The position numbers were made by a program, and so were the translations under genes. The notes under the pieces were generated by a model. The model did not search any database. It was not told the DNA's origin and saw nothing but the letters and a program-made list of their open reading frames with translations. 64,000 bases of DNA from an uncultured Bacteroidota bacterium (GTDB taxonomy: Bacteria; Bacteroidota; Bacteroidia; NS11-12g; UBA955). Shown one piece after another: positions 27,901 through 36,069 of this stretch. Where the stretch lies: positions 9,701 through 73,700 of the forward strand of contig CALMKH010000048.1 in the NCBI GenBank assembly GCA_937867025.1, read 5' to 3'. The stretch's first letter is position 1, and the number at the start of each line of letters is the position of its first letter.

Positions 27901-30900
27901 CATCGGAAAAATATTGCGTTTCAGGATCAAAAGCGATTACCTTAGCATTGGAACCAATCTTTGCAGCAACCTGGCTTACGGACAGACAGAAGATTACGGA
28001 CTCATGGTAGAATCGGGCATACTTATTCCCAAATTTGTTGTAAATAAAACCACCCTGTGTCAGAATACTAAGGTGCTGGTGACGGATTCCACTGTAGGAT
28101 CAGGAGCTTCATATTCCTGGAACTTCGGATCGGGAGCGGTTCCGTCCACAGCGAGCGGCAAGGGTCCTTACAATGTCACTTACAGTACACCCGGCTACAA
28201 GACCATTACGCTGACCGTTGATGGTAAAACATACAAAAAAGACAGTGCGGTGCTGGTAAATATAGCCCCGGACATCAGTATCAGCTTTACAAAAGGCGAC
28301 AGCTCCATTTGTGAAAGATTGTCAATCACCATGAAAGCGAATGATGCCAATTCCTCCGGGTCTTCCTATCAATGGAGGTTTAATGGCAACAATGTGACAG
28401 ATTCCACCTTTGATGTATTCAGGATAAGCAATGCAGCTTTAGCAAGGACGGGCACATATTCGGTGATGGCGTTCACAGCCTTATGCCGTGATACCGCTTA
28501 CAGGAATGTATTTATTAGACCTGTGCCTGTCGCAAAATTCACGGTGAATGACAGCGATCAATGTCTTACAGGGAATGGATTTGTTTTTACAAACGGTACA
28601 ACCCTGGCCAGCGGCACGTACAGGAATTTCTGGTATGCAGGTGACGGAACGGTCGATTCCACATCGGTATCCAAAAACAAGACATATTCATCCTTCGGCG
28701 CCTATAGTGTGAAACTGCGCTCTGTCAGCTCTTATGGGTGTAAAGACTCCACTAGCAGGCAGGTGGTGGTTTATGAAAATGCCGTCCCTCAGTTTACTAT
28801 CAACGCGGCATCACAGTGTTTCCGGAACAACAGTTTCACCTTCAGCAATACCACAACCTTAAGCGCAGGGACATATTCAAATCTCTGGCGCTTCGGCGAT
28901 GGCAGCACTGACCTGAATAAGAATCCTTCAGCAAAATCTTATCCTGTTTTCAGCGCTACTTATAAAGTCCGGCTGATAGTCAATACCAGTAATAACTGCA
29001 GGGACAGTATCGAAAAAACCATCACGCTGAACCCGCACCCTGTTGCTTCATTCAGCATTAACGATACCGATCAGTGTCTTACAGGCAACAGCTTCGTATT
29101 CACCAACAATACAACCATTTCAAGCGGAAGCTTCAAAAACTTCTGGTATCCTGGAGATGGTACGGTTGATTCCGCTTCAAGCTCCAAGACCAAATCATAT
29201 TCAGCCTATAACACTTACAATGTCAAACTCAGGGCTGTCAGCACCCTGGGTTGTAAGGATTCTGTAACCAGGCAGGTAAAAGTGTATGAAAATGCAGTCC
29301 CCCAGTTCACCATCAACAACAATACACAATGTTTCAGGGGCAACAGTTTCCTGTATACCAATACAACCACTCTGAATGCAGGTGCTTTTACCAGTTTATG
29401 GTCATTCGGCGACGGCTCAACGGATGTGTCCAAGAACCCTTCAGCAAAAACATATGCCGTTTATGCCCCTTCCTACAAGGTAAAACTGGTTGTAAACACC
29501 GATAAGAACTGCAGGGACAGTATTGAAAAAATCATAGCCATCAATCCGAATCCCAAAGCGCAGTTTACCGTAAACGATACCGATCAGTGCAGGAATATCA
29601 ATAATTTCCTCTTTACCAATACCGGCACTATAGTGAGCGGAATCTTCAACACGTTCTGGGATTTTGGTGATGCAAGCCAGTCTTCCCAGGTTTCGCCAAC
29701 GCATATTTACTCAGCAGCAAATTCGTATAATGTCAAACTTAAACTCATCAGCAACAGCAATTGCACAGATAGTGTGATAAGGACTGTCATTGTGTATCCC
29801 AATCCGACAGCCGGTTATACGGTGAATGACAGCACCCAGTGTATCAAAGGCAATTCTTTTGCATTTACCAATACCGGCGCCATCAGCCAGGGTAGTTTCT
29901 CCTCACAATGGACTTTTGGCAACGGCTCCTCCACCCCAGTTACATCTCCAGTATATACCTATTCAAAAGACAGTGTTTATTCCGTAAGGCTGTTGCTAGT
30001 CAGCAATAAAGGATGCAGGGATAGCGTATCCGGTAAGGTATGGGTTTACCCTCAGTCAGCACCGGGCTTCACCGTCAATTCAAAAACCCAGTGTTTTACA
30101 GGGAATAACTATGTCTTCAGCAATACCACTACCCTGAAATCAGGTACCTTTACATCAGGCTGGACGTTCGGCGATGGTACATCATCCGCTCTGAAAGATC
30201 CGCTGGGCAAATCCTATTCCGCCTACGTGGATTCATCCCTGGTTAGACTAATTACAACAACGAATTTCAATTGTATAGATACCTTTTCGCGTTACATAAC
30301 GCTGCTGACAAGTCCCAGGGCGGATTTTACTATCAATGATTCAGCACAATGTCTCAGGGACAACAGGTTTGACTTCACGAACACCAGCACCATTATCAAG
30401 AATGCCATAAGTTCTGAATGGTCATTCGGAGATGGCAATACTTCCAATGCTACAAATGCCTCACATTCCTATAATCTGCACAATACCTCATATGCCGTGA
30501 AGCTTGTTACCACAGCTAACGCTGTCTGCAAAGACAGTATCACAAAACTTGCGGTGGTGCATCCGATGCCTGATGCCGTTTTCAGTATAAATGATGCCAC
30601 CCAGTGTCTGAATGGGAACATATTTGATCTGACCGATAACGGAGGCATAGCGTATGGCACGTATCAGAACAGCTGGAACATGGGTAATGCTGTTGTGCTC
30701 ACAGGGTCTTCGGTTACACATTCGTACAATGCGAAAGGCAATTACCTGATCCGCCTGGTGAGTTCATCCGATATGGGGTGCAATGATACCGCGAGCTTAC
30801 CTGTGGAGGTATTTGAAAGTCCAAGGGCGGATTTTATTATCAACGATACCATGCAGTGCCTGAACACAAATAACTTTACATTTACGGATGCCACAGTATC

Positions 30901-31834
30901 AACGCCTGCCTATACGCGCAGGTGGAGCGAACCTCCTTTGCCGGTGTTCGGAACCTTGCCGGCGGAAAACAAAGTGTTTACAGATACGGGATATCACACA
31001 ATAAAACTTCATGTAACCACTTCGGACCTTTGCGTTGACAGTATACTGAGATCGGTTTACCTGGCGCCAACCCCTGAGTTCAGTGTAAACGGTGATAAAA
31101 AAGTGTGTATAGGCGGACAGATCAACCTGAATGCTGTCTCGGCAAAACCGCTGGTGTATGAATGGCGCATGAACGGAGGAACTCCGTTTAACGGCAATCC
31201 TTTCCTGCAGAATACGAATACCTCCGGGCCTGTGAACTTCACTGTAAAGGGCACCAATACATATGGATGCGAGCACACACTTTCATTGCCTTCAAGGGTA
31301 ACGGTGTATGATCTCCCGATAGCAAAGATGGATACAGTGGTACTTGAAACACTGAACGGCATAGACATTGAATTCACGGATGTCAGCAATATACCTGTGA
31401 ACAGCAGGCAATGGCAGTTTTCCAATTTGCAAACCGGGAACAACCAGAAAGAGATCGTCCGCATGGGTGACACCGGCAGCCTGGTTGCCACCTTGTCTGT
31501 AACGGATACGAATAATTGCCAGGGAAGTGTGCAGAGAAAGTTCTTTTTCATTATAGAAAATTCCTATTACATGCCTAACATTTTCTCGCCGAATGGGGAT
31601 GGACATAATGATTCGTTCAGCATGAAAGGATACCTGAAGATGAAAAGATTCTCCATTAAAATATTCAACCGCTGGGGCGAAATGGTATTTGCCAGTGAGA
31701 ATCCCCTGGAAGGATGGGATGGAAAATCAGGAGGGGAGCTTGTTCAGGACGGCAGTTACATGTATTTCCTTGAACTGGAGGATCTCAATGGCCGCGTGAC
31801 CGAGAAAAAGGGTATGATAACACTGATCAGGTAA
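24956..31834 (+). CDS. Giant surface protein: BNR/sortilin-like beta-propeller + GEVED-like domain + ~11 PKD-like domains + T9SS type-B (gliding motility-associated) C-terminal domain
   Basis: 2292 aa with signal MKRRILVFSFMTLFGIGLRGQ. Repeated S.D.G.TW BNR-type motifs (TNGGATWT, ANAGSSWTQ, LDNGVNWSS, RDSGTTF, TDTGKNWT, TNKGSSWTQ). YGQTEDYGLMV is a GEVED signature. PKD-like modules each begin F[TS][IV]N...QC. The C-terminus YMPNIFSPNGDGHNDSF...IKIFNRWGEMVF...WDGK...GSYMYF is the type-B CTD pattern. Confidence 0.88.
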   Translation: MKRRILVFSFMTLFGIGLRGQSASDTANVPYWIDMMQDRSINFYRTQRAFNIYWQNRPVQKGSGWKAFKRWEWMSMKIIDSLGNFPNEEMQFNDVQDRIRKDDVFLPGLGAGSVACKTQGDWKPIGPTVLPVNNTGQINGMGRVNAIALHPTDTNTYFVGSAAGGIWKTVNNGATWSVNTDSLPTLGVSAIAITEGNPNVMYFGSGDRDNSDATGYGVFKSTNGGATWTISNTGMGNRTVGRLIIDPNNASVLLAACNGGIYRSANAGSSWTQVVSGGFFKDIIFKPDNSNVVYATSGGFLYRSLDNGVNWSSITSGLPTTGLSRAVIEVNALDPSLVYYWIANGSVNKGFYLSRDSGTTFRTQSTTPNIHDYSTTGSGSGGQAWYNMDMVSDPANAGIVYCGGVNIFKSTDTGKNWTIAGYWVNQVHADQHELAACPITKRIFTANDGGLYYSRSKGAPWIQVKSGLGIAQAYHMDASRTQKDILINGWQDNGTGNYNSGWYTTYGGDGMDCEIDQTDNRYSYGELYYGTIFRIQDVNAQATIAGNGYIAAGSDTINESGGWVTPITLKEGSGTTMYVGYKNIWRSNTIRNSPVTWKKISNNLGGTNAYNFTEIESNIANPDILYVSRSNGTFFRSDNVNATTPSWSSVTQPVSGVIQAIETDPKNASVVYVGIGPYVYRSTNKGSSWTQVGSTFAHNVGTLLLDTSSKLKGLYAGTLGGGVWYTDTTLSSWRYFSKGLPNTVRVTDLEMYYEPARKCNCNVLYGATYNRGNWYSIIYNDGTKKPVAMLEPYDSIICKASSVSFKDKSCFGPGRFKWEFSPGTISYLNGTDTFNPQAVVAFNSKGTYSFKFMAENCAGIDTMRGTITVSDSVRSACTTSTSNNVSGLGIFKVDMNGFTRSSAGRNPEGAYIDLSCTKVIKVKRGQTYALKVTTGSTYAEQVKAFIDFNDNGSLSDAGELVYQPAAALANHSDSIAIPSTATIGKILRFRIKSDYLSIGTNLCSNLAYGQTEDYGLMVESGILIPKFVVNKTTLCQNTKVLVTDSTVGSGASYSWNFGSGAVPSTASGKGPYNVTYSTPGYKTITLTVDGKTYKKDSAVLVNIAPDISISFTKGDSSICERLSITMKANDANSSGSSYQWRFNGNNVTDSTFDVFRISNAALARTGTYSVMAFTALCRDTAYRNVFIRPVPVAKFTVNDSDQCLTGNGFVFTNGTTLASGTYRNFWYAGDGTVDSTSVSKNKTYSSFGAYSVKLRSVSSYGCKDSTSRQVVVYENAVPQFTINAASQCFRNNSFTFSNTTTLSAGTYSNLWRFGDGSTDLNKNPSAKSYPVFSATYKVRLIVNTSNNCRDSIEKTITLNPHPVASFSINDTDQCLTGNSFVFTNNTTISSGSFKNFWYPGDGTVDSASSSKTKSYSAYNTYNVKLRAVSTLGCKDSVTRQVKVYENAVPQFTINNNTQCFRGNSFLYTNTTTLNAGAFTSLWSFGDGSTDVSKNPSAKTYAVYAPSYKVKLVVNTDKNCRDSIEKIIAINPNPKAQFTVNDTDQCRNINNFLFTNTGTIVSGIFNTFWDFGDASQSSQVSPTHIYSAANSYNVKLKLISNSNCTDSVIRTVIVYPNPTAGYTVNDSTQCIKGNSFAFTNTGAISQGSFSSQWTFGNGSSTPVTSPVYTYSKDSVYSVRLLLVSNKGCRDSVSGKVWVYPQSAPGFTVNSKTQCFTGNNYVFSNTTTLKSGTFTSGWTFGDGTSSALKDPLGKSYSAYVDSSLVRLITTTNFNCIDTFSRYITLLTSPRADFTINDSAQCLRDNRFDFTNTSTIIKNAISSEWSFGDGNTSNATNASHSYNLHNTSYAVKLVTTANAVCKDSITKLAVVHPMPDAVFSINDATQCLNGNIFDLTDNGGIAYGTYQNSWNMGNAVVLTGSSVTHSYNAKGNYLIRLVSSSDMGCNDTASLPVEVFESPRADFIINDTMQCLNTNNFTFTDATVSTPAYTRRWSEPPLPVFGTLPAENKVFTDTGYHTIKLHVTTSDLCVDSILRSVYLAPTPEFSVNGDKKVCIGGQINLNAVSAKPLVYEWRMNGGTPFNGNPFLQNTNTSGPVNFTVKGTNTYGCEHTLSLPSRVTVYDLPIAKMDTVVLETLNGIDIEFTDVSNIPVNSRQWQFSNLQTGNNQKEIVRMGDTGSLVATLSVTDTNNCQGSVQRKFFFIIENSYYMPNIFSPNGDGHNDSFSMKGYLKMKRFSIKIFNRWGEMVFASENPLEGWDGKSGGELVQDGSYMYFLELEDLNGRVTEKKGMITLIR
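28526..29551 (+). repeat. Tandem duplication of a two-PKD-domain unit (2 x 513 nt) inside the giant gene
   Basis: Unit 1 is 28526-29038 and unit 2 is 29039-29551. Equivalent Phe codons sit at 28538, 29051 and 29564, an exact 513-nt period. By hand alignment 115 of 171 residues are identical (~67%). Confidence 0.8.
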
Positions 31835-31845
31835 AAGCAGTATTT

Positions 31846-32085
31846 TTGCGGCAAGTGAATAATCAACTCCGACCTGAACTTTTGCCAGAGCTTGTTAAAA
31901 TGAAAATGCCTTTTGGCAAGTATAAGGATACGGTGCTTTGCCATTTACCTGTTTCTTACCTGGAATGGTTTCACAGAAAAGGATTTCCGGCAGGGAAACT
32001 CGGCATGCTTCTCCAAACCATGTACGAGATAAAGATCAACGGCCTCGAATTTCTTCTTGAACCGTTGAAGAGATCCCCGCAGTAG
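31846..32085 (+). CDS. DUF3820-family small protein
   Basis: PELLPELVKMKMPFGKYKDTVLCHLPVSYLEWFHRKGFPAGKLGMLLQTMYEIKINGL matches the conserved DUF3820 core as I remember it. The start is uncertain (TTG 31846 or GTG 31855). Confidence 0.6.
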   Translation: MRQVNNQLRPELLPELVKMKMPFGKYKDTVLCHLPVSYLEWFHRKGFPAGKLGMLLQTMYEIKINGLEFLLEPLKRSPQ

Positions 32086-32091
32086 TATATT

Positions 32092-32117
32092 TCCGGAAAA
32101 ACAGACACTTTTCCGGA
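32092..32117 (+). terminator. Perfect 9-bp inverted repeat TCCGGAAAA-N8-TTTTCCGGA (terminator or protein-binding site)
   Basis: Read directly. It lies 6 nt after the DUF3820 stop and 30 nt upstream of the -7 box at 32147. There is no U-run after the stem, so it is not a canonical terminator. Confidence 0.35.
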
Positions 32118-32146
32118 GGCTGGTATTATTCTTAACAGTAAATAAA

Positions 32147-32154
32147 TAGTTTTG
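32147..32154 (+). promoter_or_regulatory. Candidate -7 promoter box (TAGTTTTG) for the two-component cluster
   Basis: Exact TAnnTTTG match, 43 nt upstream of the ATG at 32198. Confidence 0.4.
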
Positions 32155-32197
32155 TAAATTATCGCACGGTGTGCGTCAAATACAAACAGGTCAGGTT

Positions 32198-33730
32198 ATG
32201 AAAAAAAAGTTCAGGATACCCAGGTTAGGAGACATTTCTGTCAGAAAAAAGGTGTATTTTGTTGTAGGAACCATGGCGGTTCTTATTGTCATTGAGCTGT
32301 TCGCCCTTTGGTTTTCCATACATACCCTTTCTTCAGTAAGGGCTTTTGTCGGAGGCGAAGGATTATGGTCAAAATCGCAGAAGGATGCCTTTTATCATCT
32401 GAGAAAATATTACACGGGGCAAAATGAAGAGGATTACAGGCTTTTTCATAAATTTATGTCAGTGCCTTTGGGCGATCATAAGGCCCTAGTCGCCCTGTCT
32501 CAGCAGCCGGTAGACCTGGATGGCGCTCACCGTGGGTTTCTTGAGGGAAGGATTCATGAGGATGATATCGACGGCATGATACAACTGATCACCAGATTCC
32601 ATAAGGTGTCCTATATCAGCAAGGCGATAAGCATATGGGCTGAAGCTGACTCAACAATTGCCAAACTTTTGCCGGTGGCGGAGCAGATGCATGCCGAGAT
32701 CCAATCGGGCCATCCGTCGAAGGAAAAACTCGACGGGCTTATGGCAAGCGTTGATCCTGTGAATTCTCAGCTGACCATACTCGAGGATAACTTTTCCTTC
32801 ACGTTGGGGGAGGGATCGAGATGGCTGGAGAACCTTATCCTGAAACTGTTGCTCATTGTTGCCCTGACAGTGGAAATAACAGGGTTGTTACTGAGTATCT
32901 CCGTAAGCCGCTCCATTACCAGGGGCCTGAATGAAATCAATCGCGCAGCCGATAAGATTACCAAAGGCGATCTGAGTGTAAGGGCGACCATTTTTTCTGA
33001 AGATGAGATCGGGCAGATCGCGGAAGCCATCAACAGGATGACGGAGCAGCTTATCCATTCGAATAAGGAGCTCAGCCAATTTGCCTATATAGCATCTCAT
33101 GATCTTCAGGAACCATTGCGGATGGTGAGCTCATTCCTGTCGCGGCTCGAGCAACAATACAGCGACAAGCTTGATGACAAGGCCAGGCAATATATTCATT
33201 TTGCCACGGACGGCGCAAAACGTATGCGTACGATGATACTGGATCTGTTGGAGTATTCAAGTCTTGGTAATACCCAGTATGAATTGGAAGTTATCGATAC
33301 GGACACACTTGTATCAGATATTATCAGGCTAAACAAGGAACTGATAGAAGAGAATAATGCCATAATCACATGGGACAAGCTTCCTGCTATAAGGGCTGCA
33401 AAAACGCCAATGCAGCAGCTGTTTCAAAACCTGATTGCCAACGGCATAAAGTACCAGAGACCGGGATCTGAACCAAAAATACATATTTCAGCGAAGGAAA
33501 CCGATACGCATTGGCAGTTTTCGGTAAAGGATAACGGTATCGGTATCGATCCGCAATTTCACGAGAAAATATTCATCGTGTTCCAGCGCCTTCATCACAA
33601 ACATGAATATTCAGGAACCGGTATAGGTCTGGCCATCTGCAAAAAAATTGTTGAAAATCACAATGGAAAGATATGGATAGAATCGGCGCTGGATCAGGGC
33701 AGTACTTTTTATTTCACAATTAGTAAATAA
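32198..33730 (+). CDS. Sensor histidine kinase (TM - periplasmic domain - TM - HAMP - HisKA - HATPase)
   Basis: ATG at 32198 (MKKKFRIPRLG) preferred over the track's GTG at 32171. Two TM segments flank a ~190-aa extracytoplasmic domain. HAMP region (SRSITRGLNEINRAADKITKGDLSVR). H-box FAYIASHDLQEPLR. N-box FQNLIANGIKY. DNGIGID and [13 protein letters not shown]. Confidence 0.88.
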   Translation: MKKKFRIPRLGDISVRKKVYFVVGTMAVLIVIELFALWFSIHTLSSVRAFVGGEGLWSKSQKDAFYHLRKYYTGQNEEDYRLFHKFMSVPLGDHKALVALSQQPVDLDGAHRGFLEGRIHEDDIDGMIQLITRFHKVSYISKAISIWAEADSTIAKLLPVAEQMHAEIQSGHPSKEKLDGLMASVDPVNSQLTILEDNFSFTLGEGSRWLENLILKLLLIVALTVEITGLLLSISVSRSITRGLNEINRAADKITKGDLSVRATIFSEDEIGQIAEAINRMTEQLIHSNKELSQFAYIASHDLQEPLRMVSSFLSRLEQQYSDKLDDKARQYIHFATDGAKRMRTMILDLLEYSSLGNTQYELEVIDTDTLVSDIIRLNKELIEENNAIITWDKLPAIRAAKTPMQQLFQNLIANGIKYQRPGSEPKIHISAKETDTHWQFSVKDNGIGIDPQFHEKIFIVFQRLHHKHEYSGTGIGLAICKKIVENHNGKIWIESALDQGSTFYFTISK

Positions 33731-33762
33731 TAAATTACTTTTGAAAACTTATAGTAAAGAAA

Positions 33763-34188
33763 ATGAACAAAGCGCATGTTTTATTAGTTGAAGATAATGA
33801 AGGAGATGTAATGCTGACGAAGGAGGGTTTCAGTAAATCCAATATAGAGACGAATGTTTCTGTTGCGATGGACGGTTGGGAAGCCCTGCAGTTTTTTGGA
33901 AAGATTGGCACTGTAATGCCCGACCTCGTATTATTGGATATCAATCTGCCCAAGATGAATGGGCATGAAGTGCTTAAAGCCATCAAGACCAACCCTGTGA
34001 CCAAGCATATTCCTACCATAATTTTCAGTACTTCATCGCATCAGAAAGATATAGAGAAATCGTATGCGGGAAATGCAAATTGTTTTATCACCAAACCCTT
34101 TGATGCCGATGAATTCATAGATGCCATAGGGTCGATTGCCGATTTCTGGCTGGGACTGGCGAAACTGCCGGCCAGGATCAAGAATTAA
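33763..34188 (+). CDS. Stand-alone response-regulator receiver protein
   Basis: 141 aa with VLLVEDNEGD, LVLLDINLPKMNG and ITKP. No output domain. Confidence 0.88.
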   Translation: MNKAHVLLVEDNEGDVMLTKEGFSKSNIETNVSVAMDGWEALQFFGKIGTVMPDLVLLDINLPKMNGHEVLKAIKTNPVTKHIPTIIFSTSSHQKDIEKSYAGNANCFITKPFDADEFIDAIGSIADFWLGLAKLPARIKN

Positions 34189-34191
34189 TCT

Positions 34192-35679
34192 ATGGTTCTC
34201 TCATCGAAGGAAATATCTATACTGGTGGTTGAAGATAACCCCGGTGATTTTTTTCTTATTCAGGATATGCTGAAGGAGGAATTCAGGCTCGTGTCCATAC
34301 ATGAGGCCAGAACATTTGCAGAAGCCAGAATGCAGCTTGAAAGCCCGACTCAGTTTGATACCATATTGCTCGACCTTTCCCTGCCGGATGCAAGCGGCGA
34401 AAAGCTTGTGGAAGGTGTACTGCAACTGGCAGGACATACACCGGTTATCGTGCTGACAGGTTATGGAGATAAAGGTTTCGGCATCAAAACCCTTACACTC
34501 GGCATTGCGGATTATTTATTCAAGGACGAACTGACAGGAGCGCAGCTGTACAAGAGCATTGCCTATTCCATAGAACGTCGTCGCGTCATTAATGAGCTTC
34601 AGGACAGCAACAGGCGTTACGAAGCGGTTTCCAAGGCCACAAGCGACACGGTATGGGATTGGGATATTACCAATGACAGGATTCAATACAGTACAGGGCT
34701 CGACCATATGTTCGGCTATGCCTCGGCGGAAGTAAGCAATATCCAGTCGTGGTGGAAGCAGAAGATCCATCCTGAAGACCTTGAAAAGGTGATGAATGCC
34801 CTGGACGAAGTATTTGAGAAGAACGCCACCCAGGTGCAGCTCGAATATCGTTTTCAGTGTGCCGACGGTACATACAAATACATCCTGGACAGGGCTGTAC
34901 TTATTCTGGATAATAAAGACAATCCGGTTCGCATGATCGGAGCCATGCAGGATATCTCGGAAAGGAAAAAACACGAAATACAACTGGAAAACCTTCTGAA
35001 TGTAACGCGTTACCAGAATAAAAGGCTGCAAAATTTTGCCTATATCGTGTCGCATAACATACGCTCGCATAGCGCCAATATTATAGGACTGGTTGATTTT
35101 ATAGGCGAAAGCAAGAATGAAGATGAAAAAAGGGTGTTTTTCGACATGCTTAAAACCAGTACGGACAAGCTTGCCCAGACCATTGAAAATCTGAATGAGA
35201 TCATCACGATCCAGAATGATACCATGCAGAAGTCGCCGGTGAATTTATATGAAGAGGTAAGAAAGACAGGTGATGCCGTCAATGTTATGATTTCCCAGAC
35301 GCAGACCAGACTGATTAACGAGATTGATAAAAGCATTGAAGTTATGGTAGTGCCCTCTTACCTGGAAAGCATATTGCTCAACATGATCACCAATGCCATT
35401 AAATACCGGTCGCCCGACCGTGACCCGGTCATACACATGTACACTCACCGCGAACCCGGTTACCTGGTTTTATCTGTTCAGGACAATGGCCTGGGGATCG
35501 ACCTTGATAAATACGGCGACCGCATTTTCGGCATGTATGTAACGTTTCACAACCGCAAAGATGCGCGCGGATTTGGCCTGTATATTACTAAGAACCAGAT
35601 AGAGGCGATGGAAGGTAAGATAGAGCTGGAAAGCAAGCCTGGAGAAGGGTCTATTTTTAAAATCTATTTCCAGGAATAA
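34192..35679 (+). CDS. Hybrid receiver-PAS-histidine kinase
   Basis: N-terminal receiver (ILVVEDNPGD; ILLDLSLPDASG), PAS (SDTVWDWDITNDRI...YRFQCADGTYKYI), H-box FAYIVSHNIRSHSANI, N-box LNMITNAIKY, DNGLGID and GFGLYITK. Starts 3 nt after the RR stop. Confidence 0.88.
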   Translation: MVLSSKEISILVVEDNPGDFFLIQDMLKEEFRLVSIHEARTFAEARMQLESPTQFDTILLDLSLPDASGEKLVEGVLQLAGHTPVIVLTGYGDKGFGIKTLTLGIADYLFKDELTGAQLYKSIAYSIERRRVINELQDSNRRYEAVSKATSDTVWDWDITNDRIQYSTGLDHMFGYASAEVSNIQSWWKQKIHPEDLEKVMNALDEVFEKNATQVQLEYRFQCADGTYKYILDRAVLILDNKDNPVRMIGAMQDISERKKHEIQLENLLNVTRYQNKRLQNFAYIVSHNIRSHSANIIGLVDFIGESKNEDEKRVFFDMLKTSTDKLAQTIENLNEIITIQNDTMQKSPVNLYEEVRKTGDAVNVMISQTQTRLINEIDKSIEVMVVPSYLESILLNMITNAIKYRSPDRDPVIHMYTHREPGYLVLSVQDNGLGIDLDKYGDRIFGMYVTFHNRKDARGFGLYITKNQIEAMEGKIELESKPGEGSIFKIYFQE

Positions 35680-35697
35680 AAATATAAATATTGTCGA

Positions 35698-36069
35698 TCA
35701 ATCAATTCTTGAATACCTGAATACCGTGTTTCCTTCATGGAATTCAAGGTAATGCTTCGTGAGCACATCCACTTCAAAATGCCTTATTGTATCAGGTTTT
35801 TCGTAATGCAGGTGCAGGGTGTGATCACTGTAATCCCATTGACCTTTCATATACTTTTTCGCATATTCAAGCGAATAATAAAAACTGCTGTCCTTGTCCA
35901 GATGCAGAAAATCGTTGTCAGAAATTTCTATGGTCATGACATTGTCGCGGGTGATAGACCTGTTTTTCCAGTTGCCGGTGATCATGTCCCGCTCTGACCG
36001 GTAGGTACAGGCAGAAAACAATAGAATAACAATAGCCCAGGAGGACTTATTTGCGCCGGTCGATCTCAT
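35698..36069 (-). CDS. Small lipocalin-like lipoprotein
   Basis: Start chosen at MRSTGANKSSWAIVILLFSAC (lipobox). ITGNWKN is a lipocalin-like GxW motif. The track start 36102 would overlap the upstream gene by 56 nt. Confidence 0.55.
   Translation of the reverse strand: MRSTGANKSSWAIVILLFSACTYRSERDMITGNWKNRSITRDNVMTIEISDNDFLHLDKDSSFYYSLEYAKKYMKGQWDYSDHTLHLHYEKPDTIRHFEVDVLTKHYLEFHEGNTVFRYSRID

Noticed and set aside
32198-32210. ATG AAA AAA AAG at the start of the sensor kinase contains the E. coli dnaX slippery heptamer A AAA AAG
   Set aside because: These are just three N-terminal Lys codons preceding the TM segment. No alternative frame stays open downstream.
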